A DNA stretch of 32,030 nucleotides. Origin: a virus. Below, piece after piece: positions 6,975 through 15,646 of this stretch. Both the position numbers and the translations under genes were made by a program. The stretch is from IMG/VR virus record IMGVR_UViG_3300045988_164504; one strand, written 5' to 3'. How positions within the stretch are numbered: the stretch's first letter is position 1; every line of letters starts with the position of its first letter. A model generated the notes under the pieces. That model had not been told where the DNA came from. It worked only from the letters and a program-made list of their open reading frames with translations, and did not search any database.

Positions 6975-7604
6975 ATGAGTAGAACATTTAGAGTAAACTT
7001 TGGTAGAAAGACTGTAAGACCATTTGAGGCACATGATATTAATAATATGCTTGTATTATGTAAAAAGGCAAGAAATCAAGCAGAAGTGGATAACAATGAT
7101 GAACAAAGGTATTTATGGGATAGAAATTATATGATTTTAGTTATTGGAATGAATTTGGCTTTTAGGATAGAAGATATACTTCAATTAAGAGTTGATAATT
7201 TTAAAAATGGTGGTGTTTATACAAGGGAGTTTAAAACTAATAAGGAACAGTCATTTGAACTGCATCCATCACTATACAAGGATATTCAAGGCTATATCAA
7301 TAGAAATGAGTTAATAGATGGCGAATACTTATTTAAAAGCAGAAAAGGTGTAAATAAACCAATTACTCGACAAAGAGCATGGCAGGTAATAAAACAACTT
7401 GCCGATGCAGTTAAAGTGTCATATCCTGTTGGATGCCATTCGTTAAGAAAATACTTTGCTAGGCAATATTATGAAAAAACAGGTGATATTATTGGCTTGA
7501 AAGAAATGTTAAATCATTCTAGCGAAAGAGTAACACTTTTATACATTTGTTGGAATACAGATGATAAAAATGAAAAAAGAAAGAACTTTTATTTAGGTAG
7601 TTGA
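6975..7604 (+). CDS. Minimal tyrosine recombinase (catalytic domain only), a second recombinase in the genome
   Basis: 209 aa. AFRIEDILQL (Arg), GCHSLRKYFARQ (HxxR), LNHSSERVTLLYI (His/Tyr). No N-terminal core-binding or arm domain. Confidence 0.65.
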   Translation: MSRTFRVNFGRKTVRPFEAHDINNMLVLCKKARNQAEVDNNDEQRYLWDRNYMILVIGMNLAFRIEDILQLRVDNFKNGGVYTREFKTNKEQSFELHPSLYKDIQGYINRNELIDGEYLFKSRKGVNKPITRQRAWQVIKQLADAVKVSYPVGCHSLRKYFARQYYEKTGDIIGLKEMLNHSSERVTLLYICWNTDDKNEKRKNFYLGS

Positions 7605-7605
7605 T

Positions 7606-7950
7606 ATGAAATATATTGATGATGATGTTTTAGGTGGTCAATCAAGACCAATACATAATAATTTTGAATTAACAAATGCTATGCAAGGAAGAAAGAATTG
7701 TTTTTTATATACAGTTGGTACTTTTCAAGTTAATAATCAAAATTATATTGAATTAAAAGAAAGAAATATTAAATTAGTTGGTTTAGCATTTGCACAATTA
7801 AAATACAAGCCATTAAAAGAAAAGCAACAAGATAGAAAGTCAGTAAACATTATAATTGATGAATTAAGCAAAATAACATTGAATATAAATATTGATACTA
7901 ATGTAAAATTAGAACAAAAAAATAAATATATAAGTGGTGGTATGCAATAG
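7606..7950 (+). CDS. Hypothetical protein
   Basis: 114 aa. Abuts the upstream gene. Confidence 0.5.
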   Translation: MKYIDDDVLGGQSRPIHNNFELTNAMQGRKNCFLYTVGTFQVNNQNYIELKERNIKLVGLAFAQLKYKPLKEKQQDRKSVNIIIDELSKITLNINIDTNVKLEQKNKYISGGMQ

Positions 7951-7972
7951 CATATCACTTCACTTAAACCTA

Positions 7973-8118
7973 TACAATTTTACAAAATGAAAAATTGTAA
8001 ATTCAACAAAAAAATAACACTTTCCTGACAACAGGAAAATGATTATAAAATCTAGGTAAAATTAAGATTTTAATATAAAAAAATGAATTTAACAGAATTA
8101 TGTCATTTTGTTAAATTC
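7973..8118 (+). other. Structured 194-bp intergenic region with three strong hairpins
   Basis: TACAATTTT-N9-AAAATTGTA (7973..7999). TTTCCTG-ACAA-CAGGAAA (8021..8038). GAATTTAACA-N14-TGTTAAATTC (8085..8118). Confidence 0.6.
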
Positions 8119-8144
8119 CTATAGGTGAGATTAGGAGGTAGAAA

Positions 8145-8429
8145 ATGAAATTATCAGTCGAAGAAGCAAGTGATAATTTTACGAGATTTTCAAAAAGACT
8201 AAAAAATGAAGAATTAAGAAATTTATTAAAACACACGGATGAAAGGTCACAACGAATAACATTAAATAATTATCATTTAACAAATTATCAATTAAATTTA
8301 TTATTAGATTATATTAATGATTTACAAGAAATAATTGATATGTTTTTAGATAAGGTCGATAGAAACAAAATGTTATTAAATAATCCTGATTTATTAGATT
8401 TATATTTAAAAATAAAAGAGGTAGATTAA
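8145..8429 (+). CDS. Hypothetical protein
   Basis: 94 aa. AGGAGG upstream. Confidence 0.55.
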   Translation: MKLSVEEASDNFTRFSKRLKNEELRNLLKHTDERSQRITLNNYHLTNYQLNLLLDYINDLQEIIDMFLDKVDRNKMLLNNPDLLDLYLKIKEVD

Positions 8430-8680
8430 TGAATGAAGCAGAAGCAAATAAAATATTTTATGATAAATATGGTATGACATATCAACAATTAGAAGAAGTT
8501 TATGAATTTGAACTAAAAGGCAAAATCAAATTAATGGAGGAAAAAGAAAACCTTATAAAGTGGTTAGAAGAAAACATAAATCAAGATGATAATGGATGTG
8601 GTGAATGGTGGGTTGCTTTTCCTAGTTATATGAGTAAAGAAGAAATAATTAATAAAATTAAGGAGGGTATTAAATGTTAA
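8429..8680 (+). CDS. Hypothetical protein
   Basis: 83 aa. Start overlaps the upstream stop (TAATG). Confidence 0.5.
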   Translation: MNEAEANKIFYDKYGMTYQQLEEVYEFELKGKIKLMEEKENLIKWLEENINQDDNGCGEWWVAFPSYMSKEEIINKIKEGIKC

Positions 8681-8886
8681 AAGTAAATGAAAAAGAATTT
8701 ATCAAAAGTTATAAACAATATAAAAAAGATATTAGATTAATCAAAATTCTTTTAAAAGATAAGTGGTATAGAACAAAATGGTGCAAAAAACATTCAATTG
8801 AAACTTTAACAGATGAAGAATTAGAAAAAGACTTAAAAAGACATCAAGAAGAAAAAATGATATTAGAAAGATTTATTGAAAGATAA
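8674..8886 (+). CDS. Hypothetical protein
   Basis: 70 aa. AGGAGGG upstream. Confidence 0.5.
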   Translation: MLKVNEKEFIKSYKQYKKDIRLIKILLKDKWYRTKWCKKHSIETLTDEELEKDLKRHQEEKMILERFIER

Positions 8887-8901
8887 AGAAAGGTATAAAA
8901 A

Positions 8902-9165
8902 TTGAAAACTAATAACGATAATAAAATAATTTCAAAATATTGTAAAATGCGAGATGAAATATTGATTAATTTTGAAAATATGTCAGATACAAAGTTATTA
9001 CAAAAATTAATAAAACTAAATGGCGATAATATTCCATCAAGTCCTGAAATTGCAAGAATAGGTTTACATAAAGCGAGATTATATTCTAATAATGTACCAA
9101 TTGAGTTAAAAGAAAAATCTAAAAAGTGGTTATTAGAGAATAATTATAGTTTAGAAATTTATTAA
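8902..9165 (+). CDS. Hypothetical protein
   Basis: 87 aa. TTG start in the track. Confidence 0.45.
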   Translation: MKTNNDNKIISKYCKMRDEILINFENMSDTKLLQKLIKLNGDNIPSSPEIARIGLHKARLYSNNVPIELKEKSKKWLLENNYSLEIY

Positions 9166-9183
9166 ATATATGGAGGTAATAAA

Positions 9184-9459
9184 ATGAAATTGTTTAGGAA
9201 TGTAATAGATGATGCAATTGAATATAATAAACATATTGCAAAATATAATGAAAAAAATGAATTTGTGAAATTAGCACCAATAAAAGAAGAAAAGGTAATT
9301 ACTATAACACTAGATGAATATAAGGAACTTTTAGTATATAAAGGTAAATATTTAGGACTTACAGGAATTAATGAAATAACAAAATTGTATGCTGATGGGA
9401 TAGAAGTATATGAAAAAAAGGAGGATAATCATGAATTTGTGGATAAGAAGTCAGAATAA
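9184..9459 (+). CDS. Hypothetical protein
   Basis: 91 aa. GGAGG upstream. Confidence 0.5.
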   Translation: MKLFRNVIDDAIEYNKHIAKYNEKNEFVKLAPIKEEKVITITLDEYKELLVYKGKYLGLTGINEITKLYADGIEVYEKKEDNHEFVDKKSE

Positions 9460-9769
9460 ACATAGATTGTTGAAAGTTGAAAATTTACAAATAATTTATA
9501 ATCAAGAAGATAATGAATTGCCATATTATATCAATTCTTCTTACGAATTATTAGGTTCATATAAATCAGAAGAAAGAGCATTGGAAGTGTTGAATGATAT
9601 TCAAAATATAGTTAATGCTAAAACTATAATTAAATTTAATGCCTTTGTTTCACCAGAGCATATTAAAAGAGTAAAAGAGGCTATTAGTAAAAACTCGATT
9701 ATAGAGTTACCAGATTATGAGATAAAAGAATTGGCAGGTGTTATTGTTTATGAAATGCCAAAAGAATAG
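9431..9769 (+). CDS. Hypothetical protein
   Basis: ATG 9431 is 6 nt after AAGGAGG. The track starts at 9410. Confidence 0.5.
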   Translation: MNLWIRSQNKHRLLKVENLQIIYNQEDNELPYYINSSYELLGSYKSEERALEVLNDIQNIVNAKTIIKFNAFVSPEHIKRVKEAISKNSIIELPDYEIKELAGVIVYEMPKE

Positions 9770-10067
9770 ATTTGATTTAAAAGAGGGCAATTCTTTAATT
9801 AATAAAAATTATATTTGTGAATATTGTACAGAGCATAAACATTATAATGGTGCAATTAATGGTAAAGTATTTTATACTCAAGATTTAAAAGAAACTTATG
9901 GATATTCTTCAAGAATGGGGAGCAGAGAAAGGGATTATTTGAATATTTATATATTAAAAGGTGAAAATGATAAATATGCAGGTTTAATGGTTGAAAACAT
10001 TAATGGTGCAAGATATGTAGATATTAGATATTGTCCTTTTTGTGGAAGAAAGTTGAGTGATAATTAA
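9750..10067 (+). CDS. Zinc-ribbon protein (CxxC ... CxxC)
   Basis: CEYCTEH ... CPFCGRK. ATG 9750 is the likely start. Confidence 0.5.
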   Translation: MKCQKNRFDLKEGNSLINKNYICEYCTEHKHYNGAINGKVFYTQDLKETYGYSSRMGSRERDYLNIYILKGENDKYAGLMVENINGARYVDIRYCPFCGRKLSDN

Positions 10068-10396
10068 TGAAAAACAATTTTAAGAACGATTTATTAAAAT
10101 TAATAAAAAATAATCCTAATTTAGATGTTGTTTGTATGTGTGCAACTGATGAATTAACTGATGAGTTTAGATATTTGTATTTATCAAAGTTATCTTGTTC
10201 TATTTGTTATATTTATGAATATGAAGATAGAATATTCTTAGATAAAGAAGAAATAACAGAATATTTATGTGATATTCATGATGGTGATGCAGAATATTTA
10301 GATTTAGATGATGATGAATTTGAAATAGCAATGCATACAGAAGCAGATAAATATTTTAAACAAAAAGCGATTGTTATATATGCTAGAAGTTTTTAA
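10067..10396 (+). CDS. Hypothetical acidic protein
   Basis: 109 aa. Tiled with its neighbours. Confidence 0.5.
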   Translation: MKNNFKNDLLKLIKNNPNLDVVCMCATDELTDEFRYLYLSKLSCSICYIYEYEDRIFLDKEEITEYLCDIHDGDAEYLDLDDDEFEIAMHTEADKYFKQKAIVIYARSF

Positions 10397-10399
10397 ATA

Positions 10400-10573
10400 A
10401 TGAATAAAAATAGTTTTAAAGACCAATGTGATATTTGTAATAAATTTGACTATTTAAAAAGTTCTGATAACAAATGTTTATGTTCTGAATGTTTTAAAAA
10501 GTTAAATATTAAAAATAATCAAAAAATAATAAAAAAAGAACAAAAACAATTAAATCTATTTAATTTTAGTTAA
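10400..10573 (+). CDS. Unlisted 57-aa zinc-ribbon mini-protein (MNKNSFKDQCDICNKF...CLCSECFKK...)
   Basis: Below the ORF-track cutoff. CDIC ... CSEC cysteine pairs. It fills the gap up to late element A. Confidence 0.45.
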   Translation: MNKNSFKDQCDICNKFDYLKSSDNKCLCSECFKKLNIKNNQKIIKKEQKQLNLFNFS

Positions 10574-10578
10574 AAACT

Positions 10579-10661
10579 TTCACATTTTTCACATACAAAC
10601 AATGATATAATGTATTTGTACAATTATGAGTAAAGGCGACTGTATGCAGTTGTCTTTTTTT
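10579..10661 (+). promoter_or_regulatory. Late element A: TTCACA-N3-TTCACA-N9-TGATATAATGTAT plus promoter-proximal intrinsic terminator
   Basis: TTCACA at 10579 and 10588. TG at 10603. TATAAT at 10606..10611. Hairpin GGCGACTG-TATG-CAGTTGTC at 10635..10654, then T7. Confidence 0.6.
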
Positions 10662-10678
10662 GTGTTGGAGGTGATGCA

Positions 10679-11104
10679 ATGTTAAAGAGTTGTAGCAGGT
10701 GTGGAAAAATACATGATTTTAATAAGCAATGTTATGTAAATAGACAGGTGAGAGGTACATCAACTGCTGATAAATTTCGTAAGACTTATAGATGGCATCA
10801 AAAGAGTTTAGATATTAGAGAAAGAGATAAGAATTTATGTAGGGTTTGTATAGCAAATATCTTTGATACACAAACGATTTATAACTTTGATAAGTTAGAA
10901 GTTCATCATATAATTCCACTAGAAGAAGATAGTACAAAAGGATTAGATGATGACAACTTAATTACACTATGTTGTTATCATCATAAACTTGCTGACAAAG
11001 GAATAATACCAAGATATATTTTAACTAAATTATTAGATGAAAATTGTAATTTAGAAGCGATAAGGAAAGAGGTAACCAACCGAAAGTACCCCCCTACCTT
11101 TTAA
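10679..11104 (+). CDS. HNH endonuclease (packaging-associated)
   Basis: 141 aa. CRVC ... VHHIIPL ... NLITLCCYHHKLAD. Immediately upstream of terS, as in cos-type HK97-like phages. Confidence 0.85.
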   Translation: MLKSCSRCGKIHDFNKQCYVNRQVRGTSTADKFRKTYRWHQKSLDIRERDKNLCRVCIANIFDTQTIYNFDKLEVHHIIPLEEDSTKGLDDDNLITLCCYHHKLADKGIIPRYILTKLLDENCNLEAIRKEVTNRKYPPTF

Positions 11105-11212
11105 AATTGATTTCTTTAATTTAATTCGAAACCTACTGCCCACCTTTGAATACAAAAAATGCCCAAAATGAAAATCAGTAAATCTTGGATTAGATGAAAT
11201 GGAGGTGATAAT

Positions 11213-11710
11213 ATGTCAAGACCAGCAAAAGCAATTGATACAAATTCTCAAAAAATGAGTAAAGAAGAAAGAAAGCAAAGAGAAGAAACCGAAAAAAAAT
11301 TACGAGGTGATAATGATAAGATAAAACCATTTAAATATTTGAATAAAAGACAAAAGGCAATATTTAAAGACATACTTAAAAACCTTAACAAAGATATTTT
11401 AAGTAATTTAGATGTTTACTTATTAAATCAAACTGCTATTACTATTGAAAGATTAGAGAGTATTGAAAAGGAAATAAATAATGCTAGTAAGGTTACTGAT
11501 GAAAATGGAAAAGAACAGGATAAATTGGATGTTAAACTTATTATCAATTTGAAATCTGCTAGAGATATGTACTCAAAAGATTTTTTTAGGTGTTGTAATG
11601 AATTATCACTTTCACCACAAGCGAGAGCAAAACTTTCTATATCAGCACCACCACCAAAGAAAAAAACTTTGATGGATATTTTAAGCGAAGAAGATAATGA
11701 TGATGAATAA
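11213..11710 (+). CDS. terS: Terminase small subunit (P27-family pattern)
   Basis: 165 aa. LNKRQKAIFKDILKNL ... DVYLLNQTAITIERLE ... LSLSPQARAKLS. Precedes terL. Confidence 0.8.
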   Translation: MSRPAKAIDTNSQKMSKEERKQREETEKKLRGDNDKIKPFKYLNKRQKAIFKDILKNLNKDILSNLDVYLLNQTAITIERLESIEKEINNASKVTDENGKEQDKLDVKLIINLKSARDMYSKDFFRCCNELSLSPQARAKLSISAPPPKKKTLMDILSEEDNDDE

Positions 11711-13427
11711 TATTCAAATGCATCCTAGTTATATTTATGCAAAACAAATAGTTAATGATGAGGTACAACCTCCAAAATTATATTATGAAAGAAATGGTGA
11801 AAGAAAGTTTATATCGCCTAAATATGTAAAAAAACAATGTCAAATATTTCTTGATATTGCCGATGGTAATGATAGTAAATATATCATAAATGAAAAAAGA
11901 ATTGCTAAGATAGATAAAATATGTAAAATTTTAGTAATGGCAAAAGGTATTAAGACTGGATGCAAAATATATGATGCTTTGTCAGGCTATCAATGGTTGT
12001 TAATTGTAGCAAGTCTTTGTACTGTATATAGAAATAATAAGAAAAAAAGAAGATATGAAACGGTACTGCTTGAAATATGTCGTAAAAATGGTAAAACATT
12101 TATAGTTGCATTTTTAATATTATTGTTATTTTATTTAGAACCTAAATTTTCAAGGTTCTTTTCTGTTGCACCTGATGGAACATTAGCAAAAGAAATTAAA
12201 CAGGCACTTGAACCTTTGATTAAAGCAAATATTGATGTATTTGAGGATGGCGAATTTAAAATATTAAGAGATAATATAACACACAAACCTACTGAAACAG
12301 TATATACACCATTAAACACTTCTAAAAACAGGATGGATGGTAGAGAGCCAACAGTATTCGTTGCAGATGAAGTAGGTGCTTTGGTTAATTCTTATCCTAT
12401 TGAAGCCATGAGGTCAGGTCAATTGCTTGTTGTCAATAAATTAGGTTTTTTAATATCAACAAAGTATCCGACATTTGATAATCCAATGGAAGATGAAGTC
12501 AATTATTTTAAAAAAGTATTAGATGGGATTATAGAGGATGAACATATCTTTGGCTTATTGTTTGAACCGAACGAAACTAAGAATTGGACTACTGATGATG
12601 ATATTATCTTGCAATCTAATCCATTAGCCTGTGAAATAGAAGCAGTTTATCTTGATTTACTTGATAAAAGAAAGAAAGCAATAGAAACTGAAAGTAAGAG
12701 AGAAAACTTTTTAACGAAACATTGCAACATTATTTATCAAGGTGCAGGTACTGAAAGTTTTATTGATGTTAGTGAAGTTCAAAAATGTAGAGTTGATAAA
12801 ATTGATTGGACTGGTAGAGAAGTTTTTATTGGTGTCGATTTAGCGATGTCTAATGATAACTGTGGTGTTGGTATGGTTGCCGATGATGATGGTACTATTT
12901 TAGCAGAAGCAATTGGTTTTATCCCTGAGGGTAGAATAGAAGAAAAAAATCAAATAGAAAAAATAAATTATAATGAATTTATAAATGCGATGAAATGTAT
13001 TGCTTGTGGTGATAAAACTGTTGATTATAAAGTCATTGAAGATTTTGTTTTTTCAATTGAAGAAAAATATGATGTTGTAGTTATGGGAATAGGTTATGAT
13101 AGATATAATGCATTGTCCTCTGCTCAAAAATGGGATACAAAATATACAACTGTTCAAGTAAGACAACATTCAGATACATTACATCCACCAACAAAATTAC
13201 TTTACGAAAAAATAATGAATAGAGAGTTTAAATATGAAACTAATAAATTACTTGAAATAAATTTTCAAAATGCTAAATGTGTGTATGATACTAATATGAA
13301 TAGATATATTCATAAAAAGAAATCTAATGGTAAAGTCGATTTGATATTTTCTTTATTAAATGCCATTTATCTATTGCAACAGGAAATATACTTGGAAAAT
13401 GGAAACTTTTTTGTTCAGGTTGGATAA
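11697..13427 (+). CDS. terL: Terminase large subunit
   Basis: 576 aa. P-loop-like CRKNGKTF, Walker B VFVADEVG, nuclease-domain IGVDLAMSNDN. Confidence 0.9.
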   Translation: MMMNNIQMHPSYIYAKQIVNDEVQPPKLYYERNGERKFISPKYVKKQCQIFLDIADGNDSKYIINEKRIAKIDKICKILVMAKGIKTGCKIYDALSGYQWLLIVASLCTVYRNNKKKRRYETVLLEICRKNGKTFIVAFLILLLFYLEPKFSRFFSVAPDGTLAKEIKQALEPLIKANIDVFEDGEFKILRDNITHKPTETVYTPLNTSKNRMDGREPTVFVADEVGALVNSYPIEAMRSGQLLVVNKLGFLISTKYPTFDNPMEDEVNYFKKVLDGIIEDEHIFGLLFEPNETKNWTTDDDIILQSNPLACEIEAVYLDLLDKRKKAIETESKRENFLTKHCNIIYQGAGTESFIDVSEVQKCRVDKIDWTGREVFIGVDLAMSNDNCGVGMVADDDGTILAEAIGFIPEGRIEEKNQIEKINYNEFINAMKCIACGDKTVDYKVIEDFVFSIEEKYDVVVMGIGYDRYNALSSAQKWDTKYTTVQVRQHSDTLHPPTKLLYEKIMNREFKYETNKLLEINFQNAKCVYDTNMNRYIHKKKSNGKVDLIFSLLNAIYLLQQEIYLENGNFFVQVG

Positions 13428-13429
13428 CT

Positions 13430-13507
13430 TTCACATTTTTCACACTCTATTAATGATATAATGTATATGTAGAGATACGAGAACAAACAGGAATGTTTGT
13501 TTTTTTT
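13430..13507 (+). promoter_or_regulatory. Late element B: same TTCACA-N3-TTCACA-N9-TGATATAATGTAT plus terminator, between terL and portal
   Basis: TTCACA at 13430 and 13439. TATAAT at 13457..13462. Hairpin AACAAACA-GGAA-TGTTTGTT at 13482..13501, then a T-run to 13507. Confidence 0.6.
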
Positions 13508-13530
13508 ATTGCTGAAAGGTGGTGAAAAAA

Positions 13531-14781
13531 ATGAGATTATTTAATTGGATTTCAAAAAGAGATGAAGCATCAGCATCCAAAGAAGAAGCAGTTGATACAC
13601 CAATAGAAAGCCAATCAACTGGTGATATTTTATTACAAGCATTGTTAAAAGGCGAAACCATAAATAAAAATAAGGCAATGTCAATTCCAGCAGTTTCAAG
13701 TGCAGTCGATAGAATATCAAATATGGTTGCAATGTTACCTATTAGACTATACAAAGAGGAAATAACTGATGGCAAAAGAAAAGTTGTCGAAGTTTTAAAA
13801 GATGGTAGAACAAAATTGCTAAATCAAGATACTGGTGATACACTCGACCCATTCCAATTAAAAAAAGCAATGGCAAGGGATTATCTCATTGAAAAAGGTG
13901 CTTACATTTATCTTGAAAAATTAAAAAATGAATTTAAATCAATAAGATATGTAGAGCCTACTCAAATATCCATCATGAAAAATTATGACCCTATATTCAA
14001 AGATGTCAAATATGAAGTAAATGGAAAACCTTATGAAACTTTTAATTTTTTAACTATATTAAGAAATACAACAGATGGTGCAACAGGAAAAAGCATTGTT
14101 GATGAAATATCTAAATCATTAGAAACATCATTTACAACAATTCTTTATGAACTTGGTCTTGTTAAAAAAGGTGGTGGAAAAAAAGGATTTTTGACTGCTA
14201 CTAAAAAACTTGGAAAAGATGAAATGGAAAAGTTAAAACAAGCATGGAAAAATTATTATGGCAACAATGAAGAAAATGTTATTGTTCTTAATGATGGTAT
14301 TGAATTTAAAGAGGGTGCAAATTCTTCTGTTGAATTACAAATTAATGAAAGAAAGAAAACATTAAAAGAAGATATAAATGATGTATTTCATATTTCTTCA
14401 AACTATGATGAAACTGTTAAAGATGCAGTAATGCCAATTATAAGTGCAATAGAAAGTGCTTTAAATAAAAACTTCTTGCTTGAAAGCGAAAAAGGAGTTT
14501 TTTATTTTGCATTTGATACAAAGAAAATCACTCGTGGTTCATTAAAAGAAAGATATGAGGCTTATAAAATCGCATCTGATACAGGATGGCTTGGCACAAA
14601 TGAAATTCGTGCAGAAGAAGATTATGATGCTATTGATGGATTAGATGTAATTAAATTAAGTCTTGCAAATGTTCTATATGATACTACTGAAAAGAAGTAT
14701 TATACACCAAATACAGGTGCATTAATGGATATGAGTAAGAATAGTGAGAATGGAGGTGAAAATAATGAAAATACAGGTTAG
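13531..14781 (+). CDS. Portal protein (HK97-family pattern)
   Basis: About 416 aa. MSIPAVSSAVDRISNMVAMLPIRLY motif. Positioned after terL. The track starts at GTG 13519. Confidence 0.85.
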   Translation: MRLFNWISKRDEASASKEEAVDTPIESQSTGDILLQALLKGETINKNKAMSIPAVSSAVDRISNMVAMLPIRLYKEEITDGKRKVVEVLKDGRTKLLNQDTGDTLDPFQLKKAMARDYLIEKGAYIYLEKLKNEFKSIRYVEPTQISIMKNYDPIFKDVKYEVNGKPYETFNFLTILRNTTDGATGKSIVDEISKSLETSFTTILYELGLVKKGGGKKGFLTATKKLGKDEMEKLKQAWKNYYGNNEENVIVLNDGIEFKEGANSSVELQINERKKTLKEDINDVFHISSNYDETVKDAVMPIISAIESALNKNFLLESEKGVFYFAFDTKKITRGSLKERYEAYKIASDTGWLGTNEIRAEEDYDAIDGLDVIKLSLANVLYDTTEKKYYTPNTGALMDMSKNSENGGENNENTG

Positions 14782-15646
14782 AGATGACAAAGTAATTATT
14801 GATGGTTATGTAAATGCAGTTGAAAGATTTTCAAAACCTCTTACTAATAAAAATGGTAAAAAGTTTATTGAAAGAATAATGCCATCTGTATTTCAAAGAG
14901 CCATTGAAAAGAATGATGCTATTAAAGTTTTACTAAATCATAATTACGATATGGAACTTGCTAATACCAAAGATGGAAGTGCAAAACTATATGAAGATAA
15001 TATTGGTTTAAGAGCAATAGTTGAAGTTAGTGATGCTACTGTCATAGAGAAAGCAAAACAAAATAAATTGCGAGGTTGGTCATTTGGCTTTATTTGTAAT
15101 AAAGAAGATGAAGAAATAAATGACAATGGTATTAGTGAAAGAACAGTACGAGATATTGATTTATTTGAAGTATCTATTATTGATGATAGAAAGATACCTG
15201 CTTATATTGGTACAAGTATTGAAATGCGTGATGGTGAAGTAAAAGAAATTGAATTTAGATATGAAGAAACTGAAAGTGATGAAAATACACAATCAGAAGA
15301 TAGTGTCAAAAATGAAAATTTTAGTAGCATGACTGCATCACAAAAAAGAGAATTGTTAAATGGTGCTTATAGGCAAACATTTAGCAATGGTTGGTTAGAA
15401 GATTATGATGACTATTTTGTTTATGGAAGTATAAAAGAAGATAGCACATTGTATAAGATGCCTTATACAATAACCGATGGTGTTGTAAGTATAGATACAT
15501 CTAAGCAAGTTAAAGTTGTGAGAGGTGGATATAAAGAAGTAAGGTATGAAGAAAAACCCGAACAACAACCTAAACAGGAAGTTGAAAAAATAGATTTCTC
15601 TGAATACGAGAATAGAATAAAAAAAATTAAGGAGGAAACAGAATGA
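14765..15646 (+). CDS. Prohead maturation protease (HK97 family) with a long C-terminal extension
   Basis: DGYVNAVERFSKPL ... LLNHNYDMELANT ... LRGWSFGF in the first ~150 aa, followed by ~140 aa of acidic/unknown sequence. ATG 14765 follows GGAGGTG. Confidence 0.8.
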   Translation: MKIQVRDDKVIIDGYVNAVERFSKPLTNKNGKKFIERIMPSVFQRAIEKNDAIKVLLNHNYDMELANTKDGSAKLYEDNIGLRAIVEVSDATVIEKAKQNKLRGWSFGFICNKEDEEINDNGISERTVRDIDLFEVSIIDDRKIPAYIGTSIEMRDGEVKEIEFRYEETESDENTQSEDSVKNENFSSMTASQKRELLNGAYRQTFSNGWLEDYDDYFVYGSIKEDSTLYKMPYTITDGVVSIDTSKQVKVVRGGYKEVRYEEKPEQQPKQEVEKIDFSEYENRIKKIKEETE

